In this document: positions 1-10,722 of the stretch, piece after piece
How the letters are laid out: every line of letters begins with the position of its first letter
Position numbering within the stretch: the first letter of the stretch is position 1
Assembly (NCBI GenBank): GCA_963664195.1
Contig: OY760907.1
Span: 1,376,001-1,440,000 of the forward strand
Length of the DNA: 64,000 nucleotides
Direction: 5' to 3'
Source of the DNA: an uncultured candidate division Zixibacteria bacterium
GTDB taxonomy: Bacteria; Zixibacteria; MSB-5A5; GN15; FEB-12
Translations under genes and position numbers: made by a program
The notes under the pieces: generated by a model
The model's input: only the letters and a program-made list of their open reading frames with translations
Databases searched by the model: none
What the model was told of the DNA's origin: nothing

Positions 1-1083
1 ATGGGCATGCTCGGTCTCGGCGGCATGCTGACCCGTCGCGCGTTCTTTTTCATCCCGGCCTCCGGCGAACCGACCACACTGGTCAACCCGATTGAGAAAG
101 CGAAGTTTGTCGGCCTGCCGGGAAGACTGGTCACATACAAGGGGTATCGAGGTCTCGAAACCGACCTGGCCGCGCTGCTCAAAGACTGTAAGAAAGTCGC
201 AATGGAATACTCCGAGATGGGACGCCTCCCGTACGTCGGTCTTGTCGAAGCCGGTACTATTGAACTGGTCCGCTCAATGGAGATCGAGGTTGTGACGTCG
301 GCTGACATGGTGGCCAATTTCCAGGCTCGTCTGACCCCGGAACAGATTGCCAGTCATCGCATAGCCGCCCGAAATCTCATAGAAATCAAAGATGCCGCGT
401 TCGATAGCATAGCAACGGCTCTCAAAGAGGGTACACAGATTACTGAATACGACGTCTGCCGGTTCATCCTGCAGAAATTCGAAGAACTCGATATGGAGAC
501 AGACCACGGGCCCAATTGCTCGGTCGATGCGCATGCCGGCGATCCGCATTACGAGCCGACTGCAGAGAACTCTGCCGTCATCACGAAGGGCAACCTGATT
601 CTGATCGATCTGTGGGCAAAACTCAAAGCGGGCGAGTCCTGCTACGCCGACATCACTTGGATGGCCTTTGCTGGTACCAAAGAAGAGATTCCGGAGGAAT
701 ACTCGAAGGCGTTTGCCCATGTAATCGCCGCTCGCGACACCGCCGTGGCGTATCTTCGCGACCATCTCGGCACTGAGCCGGTTTTCGGTAGTCAGGTCGA
801 TGACGCCTGTCGCGGAGTATTGATTGAGGCGGGCATGGGTGACAATTTCACCTCGCGCACCGGACATTCGATTCACACGAGTGTGCACGGCCCCGGTCCG
901 AATATCGACAACCTCGAAACCGAGGACAATCGCAAACTCCAGCAGGGCCATCTGTTCTCCGTCGAGCCGGGCGTCTATTTCGATCACTTCGGTATGCGTT
1001 CGGAAATCGACTGTCTGATCGGCCACGAAGGTCTGGAGATTGCGACCCTGCCGCTGCAAACCGAAATTACGGCGCTGTTCTAG
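1..1083 (+). CDS. M24 family metallopeptidase (Xaa-Pro aminopeptidase-like), probably 5'-truncated by window edge
   Basis: Pita-bread fold metal-ligand motifs: PHY, LIDLW, YADIT, RTGHSI, SVEPGVY, MRSE. Confidence 0.9.
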   Translation: MGMLGLGGMLTRRAFFFIPASGEPTTLVNPIEKAKFVGLPGRLVTYKGYRGLETDLAALLKDCKKVAMEYSEMGRLPYVGLVEAGTIELVRSMEIEVVTSADMVANFQARLTPEQIASHRIAARNLIEIKDAAFDSIATALKEGTQITEYDVCRFILQKFEELDMETDHGPNCSVDAHAGDPHYEPTAENSAVITKGNLILIDLWAKLKAGESCYADITWMAFAGTKEEIPEEYSKAFAHVIAARDTAVAYLRDHLGTEPVFGSQVDDACRGVLIEAGMGDNFTSRTGHSIHTSVHGPGPNIDNLETEDNRKLQQGHLFSVEPGVYFDHFGMRSEIDCLIGHEGLEIATLPLQTEITALF

Positions 1084-1086
1084 ATC

Positions 1087-1653
1087 GTGTTTGTCACCGA
1101 TGACATGATTGCGGCCGAGGCCGAGAAGTTCGGGCAGCCGATCCTCAAGCGGTTTCGGTTCGACGTGACCCGCAAAGAGTACGACCGCATTCGGTCTTCA
1201 CAGAAACGCGGGCGCAACCATGACGTCACGCTCTACGTGCGCAAAGAAGACAAGATCATTGTCAACGCCAAACATTTCTATCCGCCGGATCTGTACCGTG
1301 CCCCCTCGGGCGGGTTGAACCCTGGCGAAAGCTTCGAACACGGAATCAATCGTGAGATGGCCGAGGAGATCGGGTGTACAATAGGGGTCGATCAGTTCCT
1401 GATGACAACCGATGCGTCGTTTGAGATCGACGGCGATGCGATCACATGGCGGTCGTTTGTGTTTCTTGCACATTATATAGAGGGTGACTTTGAGTTCACC
1501 GATAAGCGCGAAATCCGCGAGGTTCATTTCGCCGATTGGGAGGATTTCGATCATTACGGCCGTATCATGCGAAGTACCGATATCGGCGGGCTGCACTATC
1601 GTGCGGCGTTGCACGAAGCAGTAGCAGAACTGGCGCGACCGGTCAGTCGATAA
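1087..1653 (+). CDS. NUDIX hydrolase
   Basis: Nudix box GGLNPGESFEHGINREMAEEIG fits Gx5Ex7REUxEExG. Confidence 0.9.
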   Translation: MFVTDDMIAAEAEKFGQPILKRFRFDVTRKEYDRIRSSQKRGRNHDVTLYVRKEDKIIVNAKHFYPPDLYRAPSGGLNPGESFEHGINREMAEEIGCTIGVDQFLMTTDASFEIDGDAITWRSFVFLAHYIEGDFEFTDKREIREVHFADWEDFDHYGRIMRSTDIGGLHYRAALHEAVAELARPVSR

Positions 1654-1678
1654 GACTCACATTCAAGGGAACAGGCAT

Positions 1679-3250
1679 TTGTCCGGAAGACTCATCAAAC
1701 AATCGCTGGTGTCCGCCACGCTAATCATGGTTGCGGGCAATATTCTGGGTAGGCTGTTTGGCTTTGCCCGGGAGGCAGTTATCGCCTCCTATTTCGGTAC
1801 TTCTTCCATTCTGGATACATTTATTCTGGCTTTCACCATCCCGGAAATGCTCGCCATGGTTCTGTTCACCGCGCTGCCGGTGGCGTTGATTCCCACACTG
1901 AAGAACGGCGATGCGGCAACGCAATCTGATCAGGAGCGAGATTCAGCTCTGTTCTGGTCCGGGCTTGGCTGGTTTGCAATGATATTCGGTGGCCTCTCGG
2001 TGATGGTTTTCCTGTTCCGCGAACAGATACTCTTCTGGCTTTCCCCGGAACTTGCCGGCCCGAATCTTGCCCTGGGGCACAAACTTCTGGCGATTCTTTC
2101 ACCCTACATACTCCTGCGCGGTTTGGAGGCCTATTTTCGAAGCTGGTGCTTCGCTAAGAAGCACTTCGTTGCCTCGGCGACTTCAAACATCATCATTAAT
2201 ATCTGCGTGATAGCCTCGGTCTACTTCTTCTACGACCGAATGGAAATCGAGACGCTTGCCTACGGATGGCTGGTCGGTTCATTTCTGCTGCTGGTCTATA
2301 ACGGTGTTTTTGCGCTCGGAATAGTGAGCCTATCAAGACCGACCGGCGCCGGGCAAGTGTGGATGAGAGTTCTCCTGCAATCCTTGATTGCGATTGTCCT
2401 GCTTGAATCGATCTCCATGGCCTATCCGGTGGTGGATCGCATCCTGGCCGCACGGTACTTGGAACCCGGACCCATATCCGCTTTGCGTTACGCCACCACA
2501 TTGATATCAATACCTACGGGCGTTTTTGTAGCTGCCTTCAATATCGCTGCGTTTCCGTGGATTGCCGATCTTTCGAGTGTGGATCAAGCGGAGAAACTCC
2601 GGCAACTCTACTTCCGAAGTGTGCGGCTGCTCATTTTCTTCATCGGGCTGGTAGCGGCAGGAGTGATGCTGTTCTCGGCTGACATCGTCCAATTGGCATT
2701 CAAACGCGGTGCTTTCGATGCTGCCTCGCTCGAGCTGACATCGGAACCTATGTTCTACTATGCGATAGGCATGGTGTTTCAGGCCGTGTACACTTTTCAA
2801 ATGCGATTTTACTACGTGCGCCGAATGCTGTTACGTGTCGGTATTATCCTTATCTCGATGTTCGCGGTGAAGCTGATTCTCAGTTGGATCCTGATCGGGC
2901 AGATGGAACACAACGGTCTGGCGCTGGCTACGTCAATAGCCCGCATTTTTGGATTTGCGATCATGACAGTCGATCTGGCCCGTACCCTGAAGGTTAGCAG
3001 CCGCGAATTGTTTTTCCCCTTTGTCATGAAGACGCTGGCGGCCATAGGGGCAGTCGCAGTGATGTGGTTTGGTCTCGCCGCTGTGTGGCCGTTGAGTGCA
3101 ACATCTACCGTTGCTGCGGCATTCTTCCGATTGGCAGTGATCGGCTTGATTGGCATAGGTGTGTATCTCGGCATGGGAATGGTCCTGAAAATGTCTGAGC
3201 CTCGAAGTGCAATCGAATCGCTTACCGTGCGTTTTGGCGGAGACCGCTAG
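1679..3250 (+). CDS. murJ: MurJ/MviN-family lipid-linked oligosaccharide flippase
   Basis: N-terminal GRLFGFAREAVIASYFG, about 14 hydrophobic segments, F-x-RGAFD motif, GLALATSI. Confidence 0.8.
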   Translation: MSGRLIKQSLVSATLIMVAGNILGRLFGFAREAVIASYFGTSSILDTFILAFTIPEMLAMVLFTALPVALIPTLKNGDAATQSDQERDSALFWSGLGWFAMIFGGLSVMVFLFREQILFWLSPELAGPNLALGHKLLAILSPYILLRGLEAYFRSWCFAKKHFVASATSNIIINICVIASVYFFYDRMEIETLAYGWLVGSFLLLVYNGVFALGIVSLSRPTGAGQVWMRVLLQSLIAIVLLESISMAYPVVDRILAARYLEPGPISALRYATTLISIPTGVFVAAFNIAAFPWIADLSSVDQAEKLRQLYFRSVRLLIFFIGLVAAGVMLFSADIVQLAFKRGAFDAASLELTSEPMFYYAIGMVFQAVYTFQMRFYYVRRMLLRVGIILISMFAVKLILSWILIGQMEHNGLALATSIARIFGFAIMTVDLARTLKVSSRELFFPFVMKTLAAIGAVAVMWFGLAAVWPLSATSTVAAAFFRLAVIGLIGIGVYLGMGMVLKMSEPRSAIESLTVRFGGDR

Positions 3251-4533
3251 CTCTCATTTGCCTCGGCCTTCTTCCGCTCCAGTGTTTCGTACAGAATATT
3301 CAGCATGGCTTCCGCACGCACCTTGGTAGAGTTTGCCCTCGCGACTGCCTGGCGTGCCTCCACCTGGTCAACGGTGTCGATTCCCATCGCTTCATCCACC
3401 AGTCGGACAAAACTTTCCTCGTCTTTGGCGATATAGACGACTTTAGCGGCGGGTTCAACTTCAGGGAAGTCAGTTGATACAACCGGTTTGCCCGCAGCCA
3501 GATACTGGTAGGTCTTGTTCGGCGAGGCGTTGCGCATCCATTCATTATTGTTGAACGGCATCAGGCAGACGTCGAGGCCGCGGATGAAATCCGGGAGGCC
3601 TTCGTAAGGTCGGTGTCCGAGGAAAAACACGTTGGGCTGTAACTTGAATTCGCCGTACGCGCTGCTGCTGCGGAAGGATTCCGAGCCTCTTTCCTCACCT
3701 ATGAGAACAATTGACGCGTTCGGCTTGGACCGCGCCAGAGCGTTCAGTAAGTCAAGGTCCATCAGGTCGTTGAATCCACCCACATATCCCAGCCTCGGCG
3801 CAGGGATCTGCGACAGCACCGGCGGGATCTCTCCAGCTACGGCGGCTTTCGAGAAATGCTCGTAGTCGGCGCAATTTGGCAGATAGTGGCAGTTGGCATT
3901 GCCTTTTGCACGAGATTCCCGAAGCTTCACCGAGGAGGCAATAACCAAATCGGCCTTGCCCAGCAATTCCTCTTCTCTCTTAATGGCGCAGGAGACAAAA
4001 GAAACCGTCGGATCAACGGCGTCATGGTTTGTGTACACGCGGCACTCATCGGTAACCTCGTATGCGATCAGGTCGGAGTCAACCGCGTCGGCCATATAGT
4101 GCTGTTGTACCTTCACCACAAATAAGGCCACGCTGTCATAGGCAACATCAAGCTGGTAAAGAGCCTTCCGTAGCTGCCGACCGATGAGCCATCGATCGAT
4201 ACGGGCCAACAAGTTTATTCGGAAGCCGACGCCGAATGTCGCAAGTGAGAAGGGGCGGAAAAGGAAGAGACCGCCTTCGGAAGCTCTGATTTTTCCTCTC
4301 TGAACGACAAATTGCCGGAGTCTCTTGAAGCATCGCCAAAAAGTGACCAATCCTACCGGCGGCTCCACCGCGAGAACGGGCGTCCGTTCAGCGACCGATT
4401 TCCAGTGCGGTCGACGTACGTAGTCCTGCCATTCCTGCGGGAGAAACATGAGTATGAGAACACTTGGTTTTTCGGCTGACGTCACAGACTTTTCCTGATC
4501 TTTGATTACAGCGACCGTTCCGGCGGTCGACAT
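3247..4533 (-). CDS. GT-B glycosyltransferase (GT4/TuaH-like)
   Basis: LPNCADYEHF, PRLGYVGG, DVCLMPF...SPNKTYQYLAAGKPVVSTDFPE motifs. Confidence 0.88.
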   Translation of the reverse strand: MSTAGTVAVIKDQEKSVTSAEKPSVLILMFLPQEWQDYVRRPHWKSVAERTPVLAVEPPVGLVTFWRCFKRLRQFVVQRGKIRASEGGLFLFRPFSLATFGVGFRINLLARIDRWLIGRQLRKALYQLDVAYDSVALFVVKVQQHYMADAVDSDLIAYEVTDECRVYTNHDAVDPTVSFVSCAIKREEELLGKADLVIASSVKLRESRAKGNANCHYLPNCADYEHFSKAAVAGEIPPVLSQIPAPRLGYVGGFNDLMDLDLLNALARSKPNASIVLIGEERGSESFRSSSAYGEFKLQPNVFFLGHRPYEGLPDFIRGLDVCLMPFNNNEWMRNASPNKTYQYLAAGKPVVSTDFPEVEPAAKVVYIAKDEESFVRLVDEAMGIDTVDQVEARQAVARANSTKVRAEAMLNILYETLERKKAEANES

Positions 4534-4636
4534 CGGCTACGGATTGATTGTACGGACAAGCTCCGGCTGAATCAAGCTATTGTCTGTCCTCGGTTCCGGT
4601 GATACCGATTCTCTAGTCCGTTTTGGAATTTGGCCC

Positions 4637-4664
4637 TTGACGGACATGCGATTTATGGTATATT
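4637..4664 (+). promoter_or_regulatory. sigma70-type promoter of the rpmH operon
   Basis: TTGACG (4637-4642), 16 nt spacer, TATATT (4659-4664) preceded by TGn (extended -10). Confidence 0.6.
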
Positions 4665-4695
4665 CGGTGGCTAACTTAGTTGTGGATTGAGAAAA

Positions 4696-4848
4696 ATGAA
4701 AAGAACATTCCAACCTTCGAATCGTAAGAAACTGAACGATCACGGCTTCCGTTCCCGGATGTCGACCAAGGGCGGCCGCAAAGTGCTGGCCCGTCGTCGC
4801 GCCAAGGGAAGAAAACAGTTGGCAGCCAGTGTCGGTCGTAAAAAATAG
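4696..4848 (+). CDS. rpmH: 50S ribosomal protein L34 (absent from ORF track, 50 aa)
   Basis: Manual translation [50 protein letters not shown]; upstream of rnpA. Confidence 0.98.
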   Translation: MKRTFQPSNRKKLNDHGFRSRMSTKGGRKVLARRRAKGRKQLAASVGRKK

Positions 4849-5176
4849 TCTGCCGCGTTCGCTGAGTCTGAAAAGCCGGAAAGAGATTTCCGACCTACTC
4901 GCCAACGGACAAAGGTCGTCGTACAAGTATTTCACGCTTGTCTGGCAACCTGCTGAGGACTTCAAGTACGCTGTACTCCTCTCCCGGCGCCACGGTCCAG
5001 CTCATCGGCGCAATCGCCTCAAGAGACTGTTCCGCGAAGCTATCCGGTTAAACCGCAAGCGATTAGGTCAGCCAGGATGTGTCGTCCTGCTACCCCGGCG
5101 CCAAGACCGCGAACCGGAGTTTGGACAGTTAAGAGCAGATGTCTCGCGCGTTTTCAAGCGGCTCAACAGAGGATAG
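4829..5176 (+). CDS. rnpA: Ribonuclease P protein component
   Basis: RNR motif [16 protein letters not shown]; rpmH-rnpA-yidD-yidC synteny. Confidence 0.93.
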   Translation: MSVVKNSLPRSLSLKSRKEISDLLANGQRSSYKYFTLVWQPAEDFKYAVLLSRRHGPAHRRNRLKRLFREAIRLNRKRLGQPGCVVLLPRRQDREPEFGQLRADVSRVFKRLNRG

Positions 5177-5414
5177 TGACAGACCGTCACCGGCCTCCTA
5201 CTCGATTATCTTCGCTATCCATATCTATCGCCTGCTTCTTTCGCCGATCCTTGTTGCCATCATGGGGGATAATTGCCGTTATTACCCGAGTTGCTCGCAT
5301 TACGCCGAGGACGCGCTGCGCCGCCACGGAGTCCTCAAGGGAGGGACGATGGCCGTCAAGCGGGTGCTGAGATGTCATCCATGGCACGAAGGCGGGTATG
5401 ATCCGGTTGAATAA
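5139..5414 (+). CDS. yidD: Membrane protein insertion efficiency factor (start uncertain)
   Basis: CRYYPSCSHYA...RCHPWHEGGYDPV motif. Confidence 0.95.
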   Translation: MSRAFSSGSTEDSDRPSPASYSIIFAIHIYRLLLSPILVAIMGDNCRYYPSCSHYAEDALRRHGVLKGGTMAVKRVLRCHPWHEGGYDPVE

Positions 5415-5470
5415 GCGGCACGCACGAGTAGTAGAACGTTCACAGGCAGGTCATTAACAAGGAAGTAAGT

Positions 5471-7201
5471 TTGGACAAGAAAACAATCCCGATCCTGATC
5501 ATTCTGGCGATTCTCATTATCGGTTACTGGCCGATTCTCGAATTTCTCGGTATCTACACTCCTGAGGAACCAACCGAACAAACCGAATCGCCGATTGATA
5601 CGGTTGTGCCCGCGGAAACAGGCACCGCCTCTCCCCTTGATATGGCACCTGCCGCCACTGTTCCCGCGCAACCCTCGGCGATACCTGCTCCGGCGGAAGT
5701 CGTTGCGGCTATCGAGCAGCCTGACACGATGGCTGTGGATACCATTTTTGTAGAGACTGATAAGTACCAGGTCCTGCTCTCAAGCTTCGGCGGTGGTCCG
5801 GTGTCGATTCTCCTCAAAGAGCATACCTATCGCGACGGCGAACTCGTCCAAATGCTCCCTGAATCACAACGGGTTACGCCGGAGGCTCGCTTTGCGGGTG
5901 GCACTTTTACCAGCTCACAACTTCATTATGCCTGCAATCTGATTCCCGGCCGGTACGAGGTTACCAGCGAGCCGCTCGAGGTCATCTATACATTTGCCGC
6001 AGAGGGCGGCGGGACTATCGAACGGAAGCTGACTTTTTATCCTGATCGATATAATTTCGACCTTGACCTGAATATCCCGGAGCCGGCAAAACTCGGACTT
6101 GAGCGCCGCTACGACCTGTTCTGGAACACGCCGCTCGGGGTTACCGAGCCGGTCCCGATGGACGACTACCAGCTCATGGAAGTGGTTTCAAGACGAGGTG
6201 ATTCACGCGAATCGCTCGATGACTACGATGATGCCGACAACTTGAATCAGCGGGAATCCGGCGATGTGAGCTGGGCGGGAGTGCGCTCGAAATACTTCTC
6301 GGCAGTTATTATCCCGACCACGCGCCACGCTGAAGGTGTTATAGGACAGGGAGATAAGCGAGAAGTCGTGACCCCGCAGGGTGAGGCCGAGCAACGTCGA
6401 TTGATAGCTGGCCTGGAGATGCCGTTTACCGCTACAAGCCCCATCAATGACGAGTTCACCGTGTTTGTCGGCCCGATGGACTACATGATGATGAAAGAGT
6501 ATAATGTTGGCCTGGAGGACATGCTCAACATAGGCACCATGCCCTTCATCGGCTGGCTGATTAAGCCGTTTGCCATCGGTATCATGTGGCTTCTGCCGAA
6601 GATGTACGACTGGATACCCAACTACGGTCTGGTCATCATCATTTTCGCCTTCCTGGTCAAGCTGGTCACTCTGCCGCTTTCGCTGAAGTCGTTCAAGTCA
6701 ATGCAGGCAATGAAAGACATTCAGCCGGAAATAGAGAAGCTCAAGGAGAAGCACAAAAAAGATCCGCAGAAGATGAACGCGGATATGATGAAGCTTTACA
6801 AGAAACACGGCGTCAACCCGATCTCGGGCTGCCTGCCCATGCTTCCTCAGATGCCGCTCTTTTTTGCTCTATTTGCGGTCTTCCGCTCGACGATCCTCCT
6901 TCGGGATGCGCCGTTCTTCTGGTTCATTCACGATCTCTCAAGAGGCGCGTCCAGTTTCACCGATCCGTATATCATCCTCGTGGTGATTATGATCGCGGCG
7001 CAGTTCATTTCGCAGAAGTTTACGATGGCCTCGACTCAGCAGAACAAAATGCTTATCTATATGATGCCGCTGGTGATGGGCTTCATCTTCTACAAATTCG
7101 CCGCAGGGCTGGTGTTGTACTGGACAGCCTTCTCATTCATGACCCTGCTCGATTACGTGATCTTTCGGCGTGACAAAAACGCCCAGGTGAAAGCTGCATG
7201 A
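5471..7201 (+). CDS. yidC: Membrane protein insertase
   Basis: N-terminal TM, periplasmic domain, NYGLVII, YKKHGVNPISGCLPMLPQMP, GLVLYW. Confidence 0.97.
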   Translation: MDKKTIPILIILAILIIGYWPILEFLGIYTPEEPTEQTESPIDTVVPAETGTASPLDMAPAATVPAQPSAIPAPAEVVAAIEQPDTMAVDTIFVETDKYQVLLSSFGGGPVSILLKEHTYRDGELVQMLPESQRVTPEARFAGGTFTSSQLHYACNLIPGRYEVTSEPLEVIYTFAAEGGGTIERKLTFYPDRYNFDLDLNIPEPAKLGLERRYDLFWNTPLGVTEPVPMDDYQLMEVVSRRGDSRESLDDYDDADNLNQRESGDVSWAGVRSKYFSAVIIPTTRHAEGVIGQGDKREVVTPQGEAEQRRLIAGLEMPFTATSPINDEFTVFVGPMDYMMMKEYNVGLEDMLNIGTMPFIGWLIKPFAIGIMWLLPKMYDWIPNYGLVIIIFAFLVKLVTLPLSLKSFKSMQAMKDIQPEIEKLKEKHKKDPQKMNADMMKLYKKHGVNPISGCLPMLPQMPLFFALFAVFRSTILLRDAPFFWFIHDLSRGASSFTDPYIILVVIMIAAQFISQKFTMASTQQNKMLIYMMPLVMGFIFYKFAAGLVLYWTAFSFMTLLDYVIFRRDKNAQVKAA

Positions 7202-7209
7202 CGGCAATT

Positions 7210-7234
7210 GGAGCACCCGGACAACGGGTGCTCC
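7210..7234. other. Perfect 10-bp hairpin between yidC and mnmE (no U-tract)
   Basis: GGAGCACCCG-GACAA-CGGGTGCTCC. Confidence 0.6.
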
Positions 7235-7253
7235 GTAGCCGGGGGCACGACGT

Positions 7254-8645
7254 ATGGTCACGCATGAAAATCTCTCAGATAACAGTACTGACGATACGAT
7301 CACAGCCGTTATCACGCCGCCCGGCGAGGGTGGCATCGCGGCACTACGCATAGCGGGGCCTGATAGTTTCGCACTCCTGAACAAACACTTTCAACCGCAG
7401 TCCGAATCTGCTCCCGAACCGTTCCTACTGAGATACGGGAGCTTCGTGGCATCATCAGGCGATGCAGTCGATGAAGTCATGGCCGTTGTTATGCCTAAGG
7501 GGCGTTCCTACACTGGCTTAGACCAGGTGGAGATATTCTGCCACGGCGGCCGTGCGGTTGTGCGGATCATCCTCAAGGAACTGCTCGAATCCGGAGCACG
7601 GTCGGCAGAGCCGGGAGAGTTCACGAAGCTGGCTTTTCTCAACGGGCGCATTGATCTCGCCCGGGCCGAGGCCGTGGCGGAGATGATTGCCGCCGATACG
7701 CACCGGTCTTATGAAGCCAGTCGGGAGCATCTATTGGGAGCATATTCGTCCCATATTGAGAAGCTCCGGGAGCAACTGGTGTTGATGCTGGCTGACATCG
7801 AGGCCTCAATTGACTTCTCCGAAGAGGAAATAGACCAGACGAGCACGGCTCGACAACTGGAAACCCTGAGCGGATTGAGGAAGAGCATCGATACCCTCCT
7901 ACAAACATATACCGGCGGACGCATGATCAAGGAGGGGTTCAAGATTGCTATCGCCGGGCGTCCCAATGCTGGTAAATCCTCTCTATTTAATCGTCTTTTA
8001 AGACAAGAGCGTGCCCTGGTCAACCCTTCCCCCGGTACGACTCGCGATTACCTCTCGGAGTGGATCGATATGGAGGGAATCGCGGTCAATCTGGTTGATA
8101 CGGCGGGTATTCGCAAAGACGCTGGCGACATTGAAAAACAGGGCCAGGAGCGCGCCTGCGAGATCATGGCTGAATCTGATCTGGTGATCTGGATGTTTGA
8201 CGTCTCGGACGCTGAGTTATGTGACAAACTTGAATCGGACTTGGAGCGTTTGCCATCGGCTGACAGGCTTATTGTGGCCAACAAGTGCGACTTGTTGGAG
8301 GGAAACCCCAAAAGGCGAGCCCAGAAGGGTCAGCCTGTGCCTCTTTCCTGCCTCACTGGCGATGGTATCGACAAACTGAGAAACACAATAGTTGAACGGA
8401 TAAACGAACGAATGCCCGATTTGACGTCGGGATTGGTAGTAACCTCGGCCCGCCACCAGCAGAAGCTGTCGATTGCCCTGGAATCGATCCGGCGTACGGA
8501 GGACTTGCTTCGGAACAGCGAGACGCCGGAGATTGTTGCATTTGAGTTGCGACAGGCAGTTATGGCGCTTGACGAAATAACGGGTCGAGTGTACACTGAG
8601 GAGATTCTGGGGAGCGTGTTTGCGCGCTTCTGTGTCGGGAAGTGA
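7254..8645 (+). CDS. mnmE: tRNA modification GTPase
   Basis: SYTGLD...CHGG, AEPGEFT, GRPNAGKS, PGTTRD, DTAG, NKCD, C-terminal FCVGK. Confidence 0.98.
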   Translation: MVTHENLSDNSTDDTITAVITPPGEGGIAALRIAGPDSFALLNKHFQPQSESAPEPFLLRYGSFVASSGDAVDEVMAVVMPKGRSYTGLDQVEIFCHGGRAVVRIILKELLESGARSAEPGEFTKLAFLNGRIDLARAEAVAEMIAADTHRSYEASREHLLGAYSSHIEKLREQLVLMLADIEASIDFSEEEIDQTSTARQLETLSGLRKSIDTLLQTYTGGRMIKEGFKIAIAGRPNAGKSSLFNRLLRQERALVNPSPGTTRDYLSEWIDMEGIAVNLVDTAGIRKDAGDIEKQGQERACEIMAESDLVIWMFDVSDAELCDKLESDLERLPSADRLIVANKCDLLEGNPKRRAQKGQPVPLSCLTGDGIDKLRNTIVERINERMPDLTSGLVVTSARHQQKLSIALESIRRTEDLLRNSETPEIVAFELRQAVMALDEITGRVYTEEILGSVFARFCVGK

Positions 8646-8659
8646 CGTCACACGTGGCA

Positions 8660-8675
8660 TGTTTCACGTGAAACA
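8660..8675. promoter_or_regulatory. parS centromere-like site
   Basis: Perfect consensus palindrome TGTTTCACGTGAAACA, about 3 kb upstream of parAB. Confidence 0.92.
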
Positions 8676-8838
8676 CGCGGAGCGTTTGGCCCTCTTGTAG
8701 GTCGAAACTCCTGTAGTTTCAACAGGACAGCTATGGGACACCGGACGTTCAAAGTTGAAAGACCGGGGCGGCCTTCGACAAGTTCAGACTGACTCCTCGG
8801 TGGGATAGGCGGAAAACGATAGAATTGAGACGAAGTTC

Positions 8839-10722
8839 GTGAATTACCCCGATTTTGACATAATCGTCATAGGTGGCGGACACGCCGGTGTTGAGGCGGC
8901 GCTTGCCGCTGCCCGTATGGGAAAATCTGTCGCTCTCGTCTCCATGGACCGACGTAAACTCGCTCTCATGTCCTGCAATCCTGCCATCGGCGGTATCGGC
9001 AAATCGCAGCTTGTCAAAGAAGTCGACGCCCTCGGTGGGCTGATGGGGCAAGCTATCGATGCCACCGGAATCCAATTCCGACGCCTCAATCTCTCCCGTG
9101 GCCCTGCGGTCTGGTCCACCCGTGCCCAGGCCGACCGTATCGGCTACACTAAATACGTCTGCGATTTCATCGAGCAACATGAACGAGTCGAGGTTATCGA
9201 AGCCCTCGCCGGGGCGATCACTCGCGAGGGCAACCGTCTCACCGGCATTCTCACCGAAAACGGGGATCGGATCGGTGCCAGGGCTGTTGTTGTCGCTACA
9301 GGAACATTCCTTGGCGGCCTTATCCATATAGGTGATAAACAGATAAAGGCGGGAAGACTCGGTGAGCCGGCAGCTTACAAGCTCTCCGAAAGTCTGAATG
9401 AGCTTGGATTCGAGATGGGCAGGCTCAAAACCGGCACCCCCCCGCGCCTCGACGGCGACACAATTGACTGGTCCAAATGTCAGGTCCAGCCGGGCGAAGT
9501 TCCCATTCCGAGGTTCTCCTATCGGTCGGCACCACGGGATATCGAGCAGACCCCTTGTCATCTCACCCATACAACTGCAGAGACAAAACAGATAATAAGA
9601 GCCAATTCGAAGTTGTCCCCGATATTCTCCGGGCAGATCAGCTCAACCGGCCCGAGATACTGTCCGTCGATTGAAGACAAGTTCCACCGGTTCGCCGATA
9701 AGCCCTCGCATCAGATATTTCTCGAACCCGAAGGCAACGGCACGAACGAAATCTACCCCAGCGGTTTCTCGACGGCTCTGCCGGAGGAAGTCCAGATTGA
9801 AGCGATACGAACCGTCACTGGCCTGGAGAACGTCCGTGTCACGCAGGCGGGATACGCAATTGAATACGATTACTGCCCGGCCTATCAAGTCGACTGCAGC
9901 CTTCAGACCAGACGCCTTCCGGGGCTGTTTTTTGCCGGCCAGATAAACGGCACGTCAGGCTATGAAGAGGCCGCCGCACAAGGGCTTATGGCAGGAATAA
10001 ATTCTGTACTGTACTTAGAAAACGAACCGCCATTCATACTCGACCGTTCCGAAGCGTACACCGGCGTTATGATCGACGATTTCACTACCCGGTCTACCAC
10101 CGAGCCGTATCGGATGTTTACGTCAAGGGCTGAGTATCGCTTGGCTCTCCGCGAGGACAACAGCCGAGATCGTCTTTTTGACCACGCCAGAAGGCTCGGC
10201 CTCATTTCTGAGGCTGATTACCGGGTGTTCGGAAAACTGAAGCTGGACACCGAAACTGAGATGAATCTGCTCAAGAATACTCGTGTCCCCGTTTCAGAAG
10301 TTGAGGATCTCGGTTTGAACTGGCAGAAACGGGATCGTATCTCCTTGGCCGGTCTACTCAAACAGCCAGGTGTTTCGCTTGATGATCTGATGCCGATTCT
10401 GGCCAGGTACGACGGTATGTTTTCCGACAACCGTGAGGTCATGGAGCGGGCGGCGGTGTTTATTCGGTATCAGGGGTATATCGACAAGCAGCAACGTGAG
10501 ATAGACAAGTTCAAGAAGCTGGAGCAGGAAGTCATACCGGATGATTTCTCATACGAGAGGATCGCCGGACTCAAAACCGAGGCTCGCGAGAAGTTTGTCC
10601 GATTCAGACCATCATCGCTGGGTCAGGCGGGTCGAATTGAGGGGATCTCACCCGGAGATATCGCTGTTCTGTCGGTGGTATTGAAGAAACACAAGCACGC
10701 CAAAGGCAATCAGACCACATGA
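8839..10722 (+). CDS. mnmG: tRNA uridine-5-carboxymethylaminomethyl synthesis enzyme (GidA)
   Basis: GGGHAG, MSCNPAIGG, RLKTGTPPR, GPRYCPSIEDK, AGQINGTSGYEEAAAQG. Confidence 0.99.
   Translation: MNYPDFDIIVIGGGHAGVEAALAAARMGKSVALVSMDRRKLALMSCNPAIGGIGKSQLVKEVDALGGLMGQAIDATGIQFRRLNLSRGPAVWSTRAQADRIGYTKYVCDFIEQHERVEVIEALAGAITREGNRLTGILTENGDRIGARAVVVATGTFLGGLIHIGDKQIKAGRLGEPAAYKLSESLNELGFEMGRLKTGTPPRLDGDTIDWSKCQVQPGEVPIPRFSYRSAPRDIEQTPCHLTHTTAETKQIIRANSKLSPIFSGQISSTGPRYCPSIEDKFHRFADKPSHQIFLEPEGNGTNEIYPSGFSTALPEEVQIEAIRTVTGLENVRVTQAGYAIEYDYCPAYQVDCSLQTRRLPGLFFAGQINGTSGYEEAAAQGLMAGINSVLYLENEPPFILDRSEAYTGVMIDDFTTRSTTEPYRMFTSRAEYRLALREDNSRDRLFDHARRLGLISEADYRVFGKLKLDTETEMNLLKNTRVPVSEVEDLGLNWQKRDRISLAGLLKQPGVSLDDLMPILARYDGMFSDNREVMERAAVFIRYQGYIDKQQREIDKFKKLEQEVIPDDFSYERIAGLKTEAREKFVRFRPSSLGQAGRIEGISPGDIAVLSVVLKKHKHAKGNQTT

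Noticed and set aside
4537..4965. 142-aa minus-strand ORF
   Set aside because: Antisense to rpmH/rnpA
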